Assembly (NCBI GenBank): GCA_018260275.1
Contig: JAGLBK010000001.1
Span: 1-47,796, forward strand
Direction of reading: 5' to 3'
DNA length: 47,796 nt
Source: Deinococcus sp.
GTDB lineage: Bacteria > Deinococcota > Deinococci > Deinococcales > Deinococcaceae
In this document: positions 7,498 through 19,251 of the stretch, in pieces
How the letters are laid out: every line of letters starts with the position of its first letter
Numbering within the stretch: the stretch's first letter is position 1
The notes under the pieces: generated by a model
What the model was told of the DNA's origin: nothing
The model's database searches: none
What the model saw: only the letters and a program-made list of their open reading frames with translations
Program-made: the position numbers and the translations under genes

Positions 7498-8346
7498 GTG
7501 ACCGCCGCACCCACCCACCACAACGCCGTCGGCAGCCGCCACCGCGTCCGCAACGCTTTCCTGACCGTCATCACGTACGTGATCGCTCTGATGTTCCTGT
7601 TCCCGCTGGTCTGGATGGTCATGGCGGCTTTCAAGACCGAGTCGCAGGCCTTTGCCAGCCCGCCCGTCTTCTTCTTTCAGCCGGTGCTGGAAAACTTTCA
7701 GAAGGCACTGCCGACCTACGGCCCGGCCCTGCTGCACAGCCTGATCGCGGCGTTCGGAAGCACGCTGCTGGCCTTTATCCTCGGCCTGCCTGCCGCGTTC
7801 GCCCTGGCGGTCTACCCGACCAGACGCGCTCAGGGCGTGCTGAGCTGGATGCTTTCGACCAAGTTCATGCCCGCCGTCGGCGTGATCGTGCCGCTGTTCC
7901 TGATCTTCAAGAACCTGCACCTGCTCGACACGCTTCCGGGCCTGATTCTGATGTACACCACGATGAATCTGCCGCTGGTCGTGTGGATGATGCACTCCTA
8001 CATGACCGAAATCCCTTACGCCATCTACGAGGCGGCCAAGGTGGACGGGGCCAGCGTGGGCCAGGAATTTTTCGGAATCGCCCTGCCGCTCGCCATGCCC
8101 GGCGTCTCGGCCACCGCCCTGCTGTGCCTGATCTTTGCCTGGAACGAGGTGTTCTTTGCGCTGAACCTCACCAGCTCGAACGCCGCGCCGCTGAGCGTCT
8201 ATATCGGACAGTTCAAGACCAGCGAGGGGCTGTTCTGGGCGCAGATGAGCGCCGCCGCAACCCTGACGGTGCTGCCTGTACTGATCTTCGGGTGGGTCGC
8301 CCAGCGTCAACTGGTGCGCGGTCTGAGCTTCGGGGCGGTGAAATAA
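7498..8346 (+). CDS. Polyol ABC transporter permease (SmoG/MtlG-like)
   Basis: EAAKVDGA loop, WNEVFF, QRQLVRGLSFGAVK. Confidence 0.92.
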   Translation: MTAAPTHHNAVGSRHRVRNAFLTVITYVIALMFLFPLVWMVMAAFKTESQAFASPPVFFFQPVLENFQKALPTYGPALLHSLIAAFGSTLLAFILGLPAAFALAVYPTRRAQGVLSWMLSTKFMPAVGVIVPLFLIFKNLHLLDTLPGLILMYTTMNLPLVVWMMHSYMTEIPYAIYEAAKVDGASVGQEFFGIALPLAMPGVSATALLCLIFAWNEVFFALNLTSSNAAPLSVYIGQFKTSEGLFWAQMSAAATLTVLPVLIFGWVAQRQLVRGLSFGAVK

Positions 8347-8347
8347 C

Positions 8348-9811
8348 GTGGCCGCGATTCCCCTGAACTCGGCGGCCCTGGCTTCTGCCCCTGCCAACGT
8401 CGCCACACCGAACTACGACCCAGGGCAACTCAAGACAGGGATCGTCCACTTCGGCGTCGGCGGCTTTCACCGTTCGCATCAGGCCATGTACCTCGACCGC
8501 CTGTTCAACCAGGGGGAAGGCCACGAGTGGGCCATCTGCGGCGTGGGCGTGCTGCCCGGCGACGCCCGGATGCGCGATATCTTGGAGCGGCAAGATCACC
8601 TGTACACCCTGGTCACGCACACGCCCGGCGGAGACACCCAGCCCCGTGTGATCGGGGCCATCAAGGAATTTCTGTTCGCGCCCCAGAACCCGGAAGCCGT
8701 CATCGAAAAGCTGGCCCATCCCGACACCCGGATCGTGTCGCTGACCGTGACCGAGGGCGGCTACAGTCTGAACAACGTCACCGGCGAATTCGATCCGGGC
8801 GGCGCGGATATTCAGCACGACCTTCAGCCCGGCGCGGTGCCGAAAACCACCTTCGGTTTCCTGACCGAGGGCCTGCGCCGTCGCCGTGAGCGTGGCATAG
8901 CGCCCTTCACCGTCATGTCGTGCGACAACATTCAGGGCAACGGGCACGTCACCGGGCGGGTGCTGGAGGCCTTCGCCCGCCTGAAAGACCCGGCGCTGGC
9001 CGACTGGATTGCGCAGGAAGTTGCTTTTCCCAACTCAATGGTAGACCGCATTACCCCGGTGACCACCGCGCAGATGCGTGAGGAAGTGGCGCAGCACTTT
9101 GGAATTGCCGACGAGTGGCCCGTGATCGCCGAGGATTTCGAGCAGTGGGTGCTGGAAGATCATTTTCCACTGGGTCGCCCGGCACTGGAAAAGGTCGGCG
9201 TGCAACTGGTCGCCGACGTGGAGCCGTATGAGCTGATGAAGTTGCGTCTGCTGAACGCCTCGCATCAGGCGCTGGCCTATCCGGGACTGCTGGCGGGCTA
9301 TACCCAGGTGCACGAAGTCTGTCAGGATGCCGATTTCGAGCGCTTCCTGCTGGATTACATGCGCCAGGAAGCCCTGCCGACGCTACGCCCGGTCCCCGGT
9401 ATCGACCTCGGTGCCTATTGCCGACAGCTGATCGCCCGCTTCAGCAACGAGGCGGTGCGCGACACGCTGGCCCGGCTGGTGGTCGACGCTTCCGAGCGTA
9501 TTCCCAAGTTCCTGTTACCCGTGGCCCGTGAGCGGCTGGCACAGGGCGGCCAGATTTCTCACATCGCGCTGGTGGTCGCGGCCTGGGCCGAATATGTCCG
9601 CAGCACGCCCGCAGCCGAACTGGTCGACCCACGCGCTGCACAGCTTCAGCAAGCGGCGCAGGCCGACCGGCAGACCCCCGGCGCTTTCCTGAACCAGCCC
9701 GATATTTTCGGCGAACTGGCCGGGCAGCCCCAGTTCCGGGCGGCTTACCTGGCCGCCTGCGAAAGCCTCGCCGCCCACGGCCCACGCGGGGCCATGCTCG
9801 CGCTCGCCTGA
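8348..9811 (+). CDS. Mannitol 2-dehydrogenase family (long-chain polyol dehydrogenase)
   Basis: GIVHFGVGGFHRSHQA, SLTVTEGGY, SCDN, FPNSMVDRITP, MKLRLLNASH. Confidence 0.92.
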   Translation: MAAIPLNSAALASAPANVATPNYDPGQLKTGIVHFGVGGFHRSHQAMYLDRLFNQGEGHEWAICGVGVLPGDARMRDILERQDHLYTLVTHTPGGDTQPRVIGAIKEFLFAPQNPEAVIEKLAHPDTRIVSLTVTEGGYSLNNVTGEFDPGGADIQHDLQPGAVPKTTFGFLTEGLRRRRERGIAPFTVMSCDNIQGNGHVTGRVLEAFARLKDPALADWIAQEVAFPNSMVDRITPVTTAQMREEVAQHFGIADEWPVIAEDFEQWVLEDHFPLGRPALEKVGVQLVADVEPYELMKLRLLNASHQALAYPGLLAGYTQVHEVCQDADFERFLLDYMRQEALPTLRPVPGIDLGAYCRQLIARFSNEAVRDTLARLVVDASERIPKFLLPVARERLAQGGQISHIALVVAAWAEYVRSTPAAELVDPRAAQLQQAAQADRQTPGAFLNQPDIFGELAGQPQFRAAYLAACESLAAHGPRGAMLALA

Positions 9812-9846
9812 ACCATTTTCCCCATTCTCAGAAGCAGGAGTTTGCC

Positions 9847-10613
<767 letters not shown>

Positions 10614-10614
<1 letters not shown>

Positions 10615-10760
10615 GTACCTGCCGGGTGATGATTACATCATCGCCCCGAGCAGAGCGAGTAGGCACAAGTAGCTCTCGGCGGAAGTGGACTCGTAGAGCT
10701 GCTTGCAGAGCGGGTTGGGGCGCTTTTCCCAGACCCGCGTAACTGTAGCCAAGAGCTACT
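10614..10760 (+). mobile_element. SNR/MITE-like element E, copy 1 (TA-flanked)
   Basis: TA|AGTACCT...AGCTACT|TA; about 89% identical by manual alignment to the inverted copy at 43558-43703. Confidence 0.85.
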
Positions 10761-10838
10761 TAAAGCGCCCTTCGTGACTTTCCGGGGAAGGCGCACAGAA
10801 TGAACGTGGCCTTCCCCGGCTGCTTTTCAGGGAGAACT

Positions 10839-11912
10839 ATGCCTGCCATTCAATCGAAAACATCGGTGCTCTCAGCTACCCGGACACTGAACTGGGAAAC
10901 TCGCCCGGTCGCTGACCCCGGTCCCCATGAAGTGCGCGTGCGGGTGCGGCGCGTGGGCGTGTGCGGCAGCGACGTGCATTACTTTACCCATGGCCGCATC
11001 GGCAAATATGTGGTCGAGCAACCGCTGGTGCTGGGCCATGAGGTCAGCGGCGTGGTCGACGCGGTGGGGCCGGAGGTCACGCGCCTGAAGGTTGGCGACC
11101 GTGTGGCGCTGGAACCGGGCTACCCGTGCCGCCGCTGCACGTTCTGCAAGCAGGGGAAATACAACCTCTGCCCCGACATGACTTTTATGGCGACCCCACC
11201 GGTCGATGGCGCTCTCAGCGAATATGTGCTCTGGCCCGACGATTTTACCTTTGCCGTGCCCGACAGCATTTCCGACGATGCCGCCGCGCTACTCGAACCA
11301 CTGGCCGTGGGCATCTGGGCCGCCCGGAAGGGTGAGGTCGGCCCCGGGCAGAGCATAGCCGTGTTCGGCGCTGGCCCCATCGGTTGCACGACCATCCAGG
11401 CGGCCAGAGCAGCGGGAGCAACCACCCTGATCGCCGTGGACATCGAGGATTTTCGACTCGACCTTGCCCGCAAGGTGGGGGCCACCCATACCTTCAATGC
11501 CCGCAATGGCGATCCCCTCGATTTTATTCGCCAGCTGACCGCCGAACGTGACGGCGTGCCGCTGTCCCACGCCGGAGTAGACGTGGCCTTCGAGACCGGG
11601 GGGACCCTGGCGACCACACGCCTGGCCCTGGCCTCACCCAGACCGGGCGGCAGCGTCGTGCTGGTGGGGCTGCCGCCCGACCCCGAAATCAGTCTGGACA
11701 TCGCGGGAGCAGCGCAGCGGGAAGCCGTCATCAAGGGGGTGTTCCGGTACGCCAACTGCTATCCCACGGCCATCGAACTGGTCGCCAGCGGGCAGGTCGA
11801 CCTGGACGCGCTGGTCACGCACCGCTACCCGTTCGCACAGACCCCGGAGGCCTTCGAGTTTGCCGACCGCGAGAAGAAAACCAGCATGAAGGTGCTGATC
11901 GATGTCCAGTAA
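10839..11912 (+). CDS. Zn-dependent NAD polyol dehydrogenase (sorbitol/xylitol dehydrogenase-like)
   Basis: [19 protein letters not shown]...C, GAGPIG, GVFRYAN; ATG 10839 has GGGAG RBS. Confidence 0.9.
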   Translation: MPAIQSKTSVLSATRTLNWETRPVADPGPHEVRVRVRRVGVCGSDVHYFTHGRIGKYVVEQPLVLGHEVSGVVDAVGPEVTRLKVGDRVALEPGYPCRRCTFCKQGKYNLCPDMTFMATPPVDGALSEYVLWPDDFTFAVPDSISDDAAALLEPLAVGIWAARKGEVGPGQSIAVFGAGPIGCTTIQAARAAGATTLIAVDIEDFRLDLARKVGATHTFNARNGDPLDFIRQLTAERDGVPLSHAGVDVAFETGGTLATTRLALASPRPGGSVVLVGLPPDPEISLDIAGAAQREAVIKGVFRYANCYPTAIELVASGQVDLDALVTHRYPFAQTPEAFEFADREKKTSMKVLIDVQ

Positions 11913-13425
11913 CAGCCGCAGTCCCTCGGCCCTGCTCATCGGAGTGGATGTCGGAACCTATTCGAGTAAAGGCGTCCTGGTGGACGTGCAGGGGAATATC
12001 CTGCGCCAGTGCACCGTGCCACACGACATCTCCATGCCGCAGCACGGCCACGTCGAGCACGACGCCGAGCAGGTCTGGTGGGGCGATACGCAGACCATCA
12101 TCCGCGAACTGCTGCAAGAACCGGGAGCTGCCGAACGCGTGGCCGGAATCGCCCTGAGCGCCATCGGGCCGACGCTGCTCCCGCTGGATGAACAGGGCAG
12201 GCCCTTACGCCCCGGCATTTTATACGGCGTGGACACCCGTGCCCAGGCCCAGATCGATGCCCTCAACGCCGAAATCGGGGAGCAGACGGTCTTCGACTTC
12301 AGCCAGATGGCCCTGACCAGCCAGGCGATCGGCCCCAAGATCCGCTGGCTGCGCGAGCACGAGCCTGAGGTGTGGGCGAAGACGAAAACGCTGACCACCG
12401 CCAGCAGCTATCTGGTGTACCGCCTGACCGGCGAGCACGTCATCGACCACCACACCGGGGCACATACCATGCCGCTGTATAACCCACAAAAGCGCGAGTG
12501 GGACGCTACACACGCTGGCCCGGTGCTCGGAGACAGGGGCCTGGACCTCCTGCCGCGCCTCGCCTGGAGCGACCAACTAGCCGGAACGGTGACGTCTGAG
12601 GCCGCGCAACTGACCGGTCTGAAAGAAGGCACCCCCGTGGCGGTGGGCACGGTAGACGCGCTCTCGGAAGGCATCAGCGTAGGCGCGGTGCAGCCCGGTG
12701 ACCTGATGATCATGTATGGCAGTTCGCTCTTTTTTATCCTCGTGCAGGAGCACTCCACGCCCGATGCGCGGGTCTGGTCGGTGGGCGGGGCCTTCGAGAA
12801 CCAGGTCAATCTGGCCGCAGGCATGAGCACCTCCGGCAGCCTGACACGCTGGTTTGTCGATGAGCTGGTGCAGGAAAAACCGACCGGCGAAGCCTACAAC
12901 GCCCTGTTCAGCGCCGCTGCGCAGGTTCCGCCGGGCGCCAATGGTCTGCTGCTGCTACCCTATTTCAGTGGCGAGCGCACCCCGATCAACGACACACGGG
13001 CCAAGGGCGTGATTGCCGGGCTGACCCTCTCGCACACCCGCGAAGACCTGTTCCGCGCCGCGCTGGAAGGCGTGGGCTTCGGCATCCGGCACAACATCGA
13101 GGCCTTCCGTGACCTGGGGGCGCAGATCAGGCGCATCATCGCGGTCGGCGGCGGCACCAAGGGCAGCACCTGGCTTCAGATCGTGACCGACATCAGTGGC
13201 GAAACCCAGGAAGTGCCGCCCGTGACCGTCGGGGCTAGCTACGGCGACGCTTTTCTGGCTGGCCTGGCAGCGGGCGTGCTGACGCGGAACGACCTGAAGA
13301 CCTGGGTCAAACCTGGCGAACAGATCACAGCAAACCCAGCGCAGAAGGCAGAATACGACCGCCTGTATAAGCTCTACCGGGAACTGTACGAACAGACGAA
13401 GGGAATCGTTCATCAGCTCGGCTAA
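11902..13425 (+). CDS. FGGY-family carbohydrate kinase (xylulokinase-like)
   Basis: IGVDVGTYSSK, DTRA, PYFSGERTP, LEGV, GGG; overlaps the upstream gene. Confidence 0.9.
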   Translation: MSSNSRSPSALLIGVDVGTYSSKGVLVDVQGNILRQCTVPHDISMPQHGHVEHDAEQVWWGDTQTIIRELLQEPGAAERVAGIALSAIGPTLLPLDEQGRPLRPGILYGVDTRAQAQIDALNAEIGEQTVFDFSQMALTSQAIGPKIRWLREHEPEVWAKTKTLTTASSYLVYRLTGEHVIDHHTGAHTMPLYNPQKREWDATHAGPVLGDRGLDLLPRLAWSDQLAGTVTSEAAQLTGLKEGTPVAVGTVDALSEGISVGAVQPGDLMIMYGSSLFFILVQEHSTPDARVWSVGGAFENQVNLAAGMSTSGSLTRWFVDELVQEKPTGEAYNALFSAAAQVPPGANGLLLLPYFSGERTPINDTRAKGVIAGLTLSHTREDLFRAALEGVGFGIRHNIEAFRDLGAQIRRIIAVGGGTKGSTWLQIVTDISGETQEVPPVTVGASYGDAFLAGLAAGVLTRNDLKTWVKPGEQITANPAQKAEYDRLYKLYRELYEQTKGIVHQLG

Positions 13426-13526
13426 GCAATGATTGTTCGGTCTCGACAAAAGTCAGCTCACTATGAGGCTCTCAGTCCAAAACAAAACCCAGAGAGACTG
13501 CTGTTCCAAGCCGCGTCGCAAGGCAA

Positions 13527-13567
13527 TAAAAAGCGGGCCGCTGACGCTTTCGCCAGTCGGCCCACTT
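13527..13567 (-). terminator. Intrinsic terminator between convergent genes
   Basis: GGGCCG/CGGCCC stem preceded by an A-run (T-run on the minus strand). Confidence 0.5.
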
Positions 13568-13579
13568 GCTCGCTGAGTT

Positions 13580-14758
13580 TTAAGCCCAGGGATTCAGCAC
13601 AACCTTGATGCAGCCTTCTTTCTTATCCCGGAAGGTCTTGTACAGGTCCGGAGCCTGGTCGAGGCTGGCGCGGTGGGTAATCACGAAACTGGGGTCGATC
13701 TGACCCAACTCGATGCGCCCCAGCAGGTCAGGCAGGTACTTGTGCGTGTGGGTCTGGCCCATGCGGAACACCAGGCCCTTACCGAAGGCCGCGCCCATCG
13801 GCATCTTGTCCACCAGACCGCCGTATACGCCCGGCATGCTGACGGTGCCGCCCTTGGCGCAGCTCAGGATGGCCCAGCGCAGGGCGGTAATGCGGTCGAA
13901 GGATAGCCTCAGGTTCTGCTGAATCTTGTCCAGCGCCGCACCGGGGCCGTGGCCGTGCGCTTCCATCCCCACCGCCTCGATGACATGGTCGGGGCCGCGC
14001 CCGCCGGTGGCTTCCAGCAGGGCGACCAGCACGTCCTCCTGCTCGTAATTGATGGTCTGGCAGCCTGCCGCTTCAGCCATCGCCAGCCGTTCTGGCACGC
14101 GGTCGATCACGATGACGTGCGCGGCTCCCAGCATCTGAGCACTACGGGCGCAGAACTGGCCCACCGGCCCCGCGCCGAACACGGCCACCACGTCGCGGCC
14201 CGGCTCGATGTTGCAGTTGACGGCGGCCTGATAACCGGTCGGGAAAATGTCGGTCAGGAACAGCACCTGCTCGTCTTTGAGGCCAGTTTCAATCTTGAAC
14301 GGCCCCACGTCGGCAAACGGCACCCGCACGTACTGCGCCTGCCCGCCCGCGTAGCCGCCGAACATGTGCGAGTAACCGAACAGAGCGCTGCCGCTGGTCG
14401 CGCCGTACAGCGCCTCGGCCATGCGGTGGTTGGGGTTGGAGTTGTCGCAGGCAGCGAAGTTGCCACGTTTACAGTTGTCGCATACGCCACAAGCGATGTT
14501 GAACGGCACGATGACACGGTCACCGACCTTCAGCTTCCTGACGTCCTGGCCGACTTCCACGACCTCCCCCATGAACTCGTGGCCCATGATGTCGCCCTTT
14601 TCCATGCTGGGAATAAAGCCGTCGAGCAGGTGCAGGTCGGAGCCGCAGATGGCGGTAGACGTGATTTTGATGATGGCGTCGGTGGGCAGCAGCAGCGTGG
14701 GGTCAGGGACCGTTTCCACGCTGACGTTGTTCACGCCCTGCCAGATGAGAGCTTTCAT
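13580..14758 (-). CDS. Zn-dependent alcohol/formaldehyde dehydrogenase (FdhA/YbdR-like)
   Basis: [21 protein letters not shown]...[24 protein letters not shown]. Confidence 0.92.
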   Translation of the reverse strand: MKALIWQGVNNVSVETVPDPTLLLPTDAIIKITSTAICGSDLHLLDGFIPSMEKGDIMGHEFMGEVVEVGQDVRKLKVGDRVIVPFNIACGVCDNCKRGNFAACDNSNPNHRMAEALYGATSGSALFGYSHMFGGYAGGQAQYVRVPFADVGPFKIETGLKDEQVLFLTDIFPTGYQAAVNCNIEPGRDVVAVFGAGPVGQFCARSAQMLGAAHVIVIDRVPERLAMAEAAGCQTINYEQEDVLVALLEATGGRGPDHVIEAVGMEAHGHGPGAALDKIQQNLRLSFDRITALRWAILSCAKGGTVSMPGVYGGLVDKMPMGAAFGKGLVFRMGQTHTHKYLPDLLGRIELGQIDPSFVITHRASLDQAPDLYKTFRDKKEGCIKVVLNPWA

Positions 14759-15546
14759 GCCTGTCCTCCCTTAGTTTGTCCGGTCTTGTTCTGTTCAGCC
14801 GCTTTCTGGTCGGCCTGGGCCTTGGGGCTTTCGTCTTTGGTCTTGACTCCGGCGTCGGGGCGGCCACTGGTCTGCCCGTTGGTGGTGGGGGCAAATCCCA
14901 GTTCCTGCTCGGCCTTGAAACGGGCCAGGTCGTCGCGGATTTGCTGGGCGGGTTCCTGGCCCAGCACGCGGGCCAGCACCGCGCCCGTCGTGCCCAGCGG
15001 TGGCTTGTAGGTTAGACGCGCCACCACTTCAGTGCCCCGGTTGCCGGGCGCGGGACGGAAAACGACTTCGCCGCTGTTGTCGATGACCGAGCCGGGCAGA
15101 GATTGCCAAGCCAGCCGCTTGCCCGTTTCCTGGGCGGTCAGTTCGGCTTCCCAGCTCACCGTCTGCCCCAGCGGAGCCTTGACCGTCCACTTGGAATGGG
15201 TGTCACTGAGGACTTCCACACTCTGCACGTTGGACATCAGGCGCGGCAGGTTGGGCAAGTCGCGCCACAGGGCGTACAGCCCGTCAGCGGGCTTGCCGAT
15301 GGTCACCGCCTCGCGGATGAGTACCTCGCCGGGTTCGGCAGTGGTTTCAATTTTCAGCGCCGGAGCGACCGGATTTTCACCTTTCAGCGCCAGATAAGCC
15401 ATAGCTGCGCCTGCCCCACCTAGGGCCAGCTTGCCCACCGCCGAACGTGAACTGACCCCCAGGGCCAGCAGGGTGACGCTCAGTACCCCGAAGATGCCGC
15501 GCTCGGATGAAAGCATTCCTGCACCAGACTGCACTTTTTGAGTCAT
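14755..15546 (-). CDS. SRPBCC (cyclase/dehydrase) family protein
   Basis: [32 protein letters not shown]; AGGAGG RBS before ATG 15546; ATGA overlap with the dehydrogenase. Confidence 0.88.
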   Translation of the reverse strand: MTQKVQSGAGMLSSERGIFGVLSVTLLALGVSSRSAVGKLALGGAGAAMAYLALKGENPVAPALKIETTAEPGEVLIREAVTIGKPADGLYALWRDLPNLPRLMSNVQSVEVLSDTHSKWTVKAPLGQTVSWEAELTAQETGKRLAWQSLPGSVIDNSGEVVFRPAPGNRGTEVVARLTYKPPLGTTGAVLARVLGQEPAQQIRDDLARFKAEQELGFAPTTNGQTSGRPDAGVKTKDESPKAQADQKAAEQNKTGQTKGGQA

Positions 15547-15729
15547 ACCGCCTCCTTTGGCTGAAGATGCCACAGGGAACAGGGGGAAAAAGTAAAAATG
15601 GGATGACCTGTGAACATCCCAGGCTTAGCTCAGGATTCGATTAATTCAGGCCGGAAAGCTGGAACGGCGAAAAAGAAGTTGGAGAGGCCACTTTTCTCGC
15701 TTAGACACCTCAACCCCCTCTCATCAAAA

Positions 15730-15748
15730 TAGTTGCATCTTGCAATAA
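15730..15748. promoter_or_regulatory. Candidate MarR operator TTGCA-N3-TGCAA
   Basis: Palindrome TTGCATCTTGCAA (15733-15745) just upstream of the MarR gene. Confidence 0.55.
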
Positions 15749-15790
15749 CTTGGCGGAGTGGTCGGAACGGGTGCGGCCCGCCTCTTCCCT

Positions 15791-16213
15791 ATGACGATTT
15801 CCCCTCCCATTCAACTGCTGATGGCGCTGTGGAGCCTCTGGCAATCGCTGGCGGCCGACGGCGCGGCGCGGCTGCGCGAGGAAAGCGGCCTGGACCTCAA
15901 GGAATTTATCGCGGCGGGCTACCTGCAGAGCCGCGCTTACTCGCCCGCCGAGCTGGCCGTAGACCTGCAGATGCCGCGTTACGAGGTCAGCCGCCTGCTG
16001 GGGAGCCTGGAGGAAAAAGGTTTTGTGCAGCGTACCCGCGCCCTCCGCGACGGGCGGCAGGTGGTGGTGGAGCTGACGGCCAGCGGCCTAGCAGCCTGGC
16101 AACAGGGCCTTAAGACCGCTGAAGCAGTGACGGAACCGTACCTTTCGGGTCTGGACAGCGCCAAACGCGAAGACCTGATTTTGACCCTGGCCGGGCTGGT
16201 GCGTCCCACCTGA
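15791..16213 (+). CDS. MarR-family transcriptional regulator
   Basis: AELAVDL...VSRLLGSLEEKGFVQR...DGRQVVVELTASG winged HTH; start uncertain (15758 or 15791). Confidence 0.88.
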   Translation: MTISPPIQLLMALWSLWQSLAADGAARLREESGLDLKEFIAAGYLQSRAYSPAELAVDLQMPRYEVSRLLGSLEEKGFVQRTRALRDGRQVVVELTASGLAAWQQGLKTAEAVTEPYLSGLDSAKREDLILTLAGLVRPT

Positions 16214-16241
16214 ACCCGGCTCATCTCAAGGAGTACACCCC

Positions 16242-17489
16242 ATGACCCAGTCCAATCAACCCAATCAGCCCAACCCACCCACCCCCGCCTCCGGCTGCCC
16301 CTTCAGCGGCAAAACCGAGTCGCTGACCCGCCGTTATGACCGCCTGGGGGCCGAGAATCCCGACCTAGCAGACCTGACCCAGGCCCAGACTTACGAGTCG
16401 GTGCGCCAGCTGCTCAAGGATGACGAGGCCCCCCAGGCGGGCTTTCTGGCGAAGTTTGCCGCTGATCCGACGCGCGGCATGCACCCCCCGGTGCTGCACA
16501 TGCAGGGCGACGAGCACACCGAAATGCGCCGCGCCACCGCCAAATACTTCACGCCCACCGCCGTCAACAGCTACGGCCCCATGATTGCCAAGCTGTGCGA
16601 CGAGATGCTGGGCGAACTGCACCGCAAGGGCGAGATGAATCTGGACGACCTGAGCCTGCACCTGGCCGTTGAGGTCGCCGCTAATGTGGTGGGGCTGACC
16701 AGCAGCCTCCTGCCGGGAATGGAAAAACGCATCGAGGCGTTCGTCTCCACCGGGATGGACGGCGCACCCGGCGCGGTCATCAAGTCCTCACCCCTCCGCG
16801 ACGTTTCGATGGGCGGGTCGGTGGCGCTGTTCTTCGGGCTGGACGTCAAACCCGCCATCGAGGCCCGCAAGAAGGCCCCCAAAGATGACCTCATCAGCTA
16901 CCTGCTGGAACGCAAGTACAGCGACCAGGAAATCCTGACCGAGTGCATCACCTACGCCACCGCCGGGATGATTACCACCCGCGAATTCATTACCCTGGCG
17001 GCTTACCAGCTGCTGCAACACCCAGACCTCCGCGCCGACTATGTGCACGGCACTGAAAAGGAGCGCCACGCGATTTTGCACGAGCTGCTGCGCCTTGACC
17101 CGGTGGTCACCATGCTGTACCGCAAGGCCGAGAAGGATATGGAACTTGAAGGCCAGCACTACCCAGCAGACACCACTTTTGCCCTCAACATTCAGACCGC
17201 CAACGCTGACCCCGCCGTGATGGGCGACGATGCCGAGGAAATCTGCCCTCACCGCAAGCTGCCGCGCGGCGTGCAGGCGCAAGGACTGGCGTTCGGCGAC
17301 GGCCCGCACCGCTGCCCCGGCGCGTTCCTGGCGATCAAGGAGTCGGATATGTTCCTGCGCCGACTGCTGATGTGGAACGACCTGGAAATCGTCAAACATC
17401 CCACCATCGGCTCCAACGAGATTGTCAAGGGCTACGAACTGCGCGGGATGCGTATTCGCCTGGGAAACAAGCAGGGAGCCAGCGCATGA
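16242..17489 (+). CDS. Cytochrome P450
   Basis: Heme ligand motif FGDGPHRCPG, K-helix ELLR, I-helix AGMITT, N-terminal GCPF. Confidence 0.93.
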   Translation: MTQSNQPNQPNPPTPASGCPFSGKTESLTRRYDRLGAENPDLADLTQAQTYESVRQLLKDDEAPQAGFLAKFAADPTRGMHPPVLHMQGDEHTEMRRATAKYFTPTAVNSYGPMIAKLCDEMLGELHRKGEMNLDDLSLHLAVEVAANVVGLTSSLLPGMEKRIEAFVSTGMDGAPGAVIKSSPLRDVSMGGSVALFFGLDVKPAIEARKKAPKDDLISYLLERKYSDQEILTECITYATAGMITTREFITLAAYQLLQHPDLRADYVHGTEKERHAILHELLRLDPVVTMLYRKAEKDMELEGQHYPADTTFALNIQTANADPAVMGDDAEEICPHRKLPRGVQAQGLAFGDGPHRCPGAFLAIKESDMFLRRLLMWNDLEIVKHPTIGSNEIVKGYELRGMRIRLGNKQGASA

Positions 17490-17965
17490 GCAAATTACCC
17501 CTCAACCAGCCCGCCCCCGACTTTTCTGGCGTCAGTGACGACGGCAAACAGATTTCGCTGGCTGGGCTGCGCGGCAAATGGGTGGTGCTGTACTTCTATC
17601 CCAAGGCCAACAGCTACGGCTGCTCCATCGAGGCGCAGAAGTTTGAAGCCATGCTACCCGAATTTGAGAAATACGGGGCGCAGGTCATCGGCATCAGCAC
17701 CGACTCCGAGGGCGGGCAGGCGGCCTTCCGCGAGAAGTGCCACCTCAGCTACCCGCTACTGCCCGACCCCGACCAGACCATCTGCAAGGCGTACGGGGTG
17801 ATGGGCGGCCTGACCTCGCTCATGGGCGTGTCCAACCGCGCCTCGTTCGTGATTGACCCCCAGGGCAAGCTGGTCTACGAGCTGCGGAACATGCTGCACA
17901 CCGTTCACGTTCCTGGCGCACTGGCCGAGCTGCAAAAGCGCGGGGCGGGCCAAGTGCAGACCTGA
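17486..17965 (+). CDS. bcp: Peroxiredoxin, BCP/PrxQ family
   Basis: APDF, VVLYFYPKANSYGC (Pxxx[T/S]xxC), GISTD, RASFVID; ATGA overlap with the P450 stop. Confidence 0.88.
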   Translation: MSKLPLNQPAPDFSGVSDDGKQISLAGLRGKWVVLYFYPKANSYGCSIEAQKFEAMLPEFEKYGAQVIGISTDSEGGQAAFREKCHLSYPLLPDPDQTICKAYGVMGGLTSLMGVSNRASFVIDPQGKLVYELRNMLHTVHVPGALAELQKRGAGQVQT

Positions 17966-18087
17966 ACTGGGAGAGGCCGCCGCCCTCTTTGGAACGCCGG
18001 ACTGTGAGCTACAGGAAGGTGTGTGACCGACCTGACACTTAATCAATAAAACCAGTCAACTCCACGACCTTCCTTATACTGCACGGC

Positions 18088-19251
18088 GTGTCCCCTTCCT
18101 CAAGTCCTCCAGTCCCACGCTGGGTCAGTGCGGTACTGAGTTTTATTCCTGTTTTCCCACCGCTTTATCTACTGGCTTTCGGCGCACTCGGCTTTCTGCG
18201 TCAGTTGCCGCTCAACGCACGGAGAATTCTGTTCTTTTTCGTGGCGACTCAGGTGGTGGCTACACTTTTCACACCTGAACCTCTCATCTCGCTCGGCCTC
18301 GCCACGCTCCGAACACTGTTTATTCTGGCGATGATCGCAGTTGGCGTGTACCTCCGTGAAAGTCAGCAGCTGAGACCACTGCTCTGGGGACAGCTGATCA
18401 TTTTTCTGACAGCGTGGATCTACACGTTACATACCCAGGGCTGGGGCGGGGTGCAGGCGCGGCTAGGTCACCCGTACTACTACATCGTTTCGCTCGGCCT
18501 GGTGGCAGTCATTGCTCTCTGGACCGTTATGTTCTGGAAAGGGGGGCGCACCTCTTGGCGCTGGGCAGCGGGCCTAACAGCCTTAATAACCTTTTTAGCT
18601 GCGGGCAGTCGTGGACCGCTATTGGCCCTAGGAGTAGGGTCACTGGCGGCGCTGGCCTTTGGGGGACACAAGAGGCGGTGGTGGATTATGCTCCCGGCGA
18701 TCGTGGTTATCGGTGCTGCAAGCTTATCCAGCTCTTTGAACGTCAATCTTAAGCCACTTGACCGCCTGCTCAATGATCAGACCAGTGGGCGCGAGTACAT
18801 CTGGCAAGACGCTCTGAAAGGCTGGCAAACCAGTCCAGCAGGAGGAGTAGGCCCCTATCAGGGCGGCCCATACCTCACCTATCTATTCAAAGATGGTTGC
18901 CAGCTGACACCGACACTTCAGCGCAACAAGATCGATTGCCCGGCCCAACTCAGTCGCTGGTCAAGTGTTTGGTTGATTGCCCATAACATCTGGCTCCATT
19001 GGCTGCTCGAAAGTGGCGTCATCGGCCTGAGTGGACTGGTGATAGTGATGGGATACGCCCTATGGCGAGCCATTGCTCTGGGTGACCCCTTTGTGCTGGC
19101 CGTACTCTACGGTTTTACCGCTATGAATGTCGTCGACGTGGTTATTGCGGTTCCCAGCCCTCACTTTGCCGAGCTCTGGTGGGTCTGTGTGGGCCTTAGT
19201 CTACGCGGCGCGGACCTAAGGCCAGCAGCCAAAGAGCTGCGCCACATATGA
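18088..19251 (+). CDS. O-antigen ligase / O-oligosaccharyltransferase family (Wzy_C) membrane protein
   Basis: Multi-TM; [22 protein letters not shown]...ESGVIG; TATACT 7 nt upstream of GTG. Confidence 0.82.
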   Translation: MSPSSSPPVPRWVSAVLSFIPVFPPLYLLAFGALGFLRQLPLNARRILFFFVATQVVATLFTPEPLISLGLATLRTLFILAMIAVGVYLRESQQLRPLLWGQLIIFLTAWIYTLHTQGWGGVQARLGHPYYYIVSLGLVAVIALWTVMFWKGGRTSWRWAAGLTALITFLAAGSRGPLLALGVGSLAALAFGGHKRRWWIMLPAIVVIGAASLSSSLNVNLKPLDRLLNDQTSGREYIWQDALKGWQTSPAGGVGPYQGGPYLTYLFKDGCQLTPTLQRNKIDCPAQLSRWSSVWLIAHNIWLHWLLESGVIGLSGLVIVMGYALWRAIALGDPFVLAVLYGFTAMNVVDVVIAVPSPHFAELWWVCVGLSLRGADLRPAAKELRHI

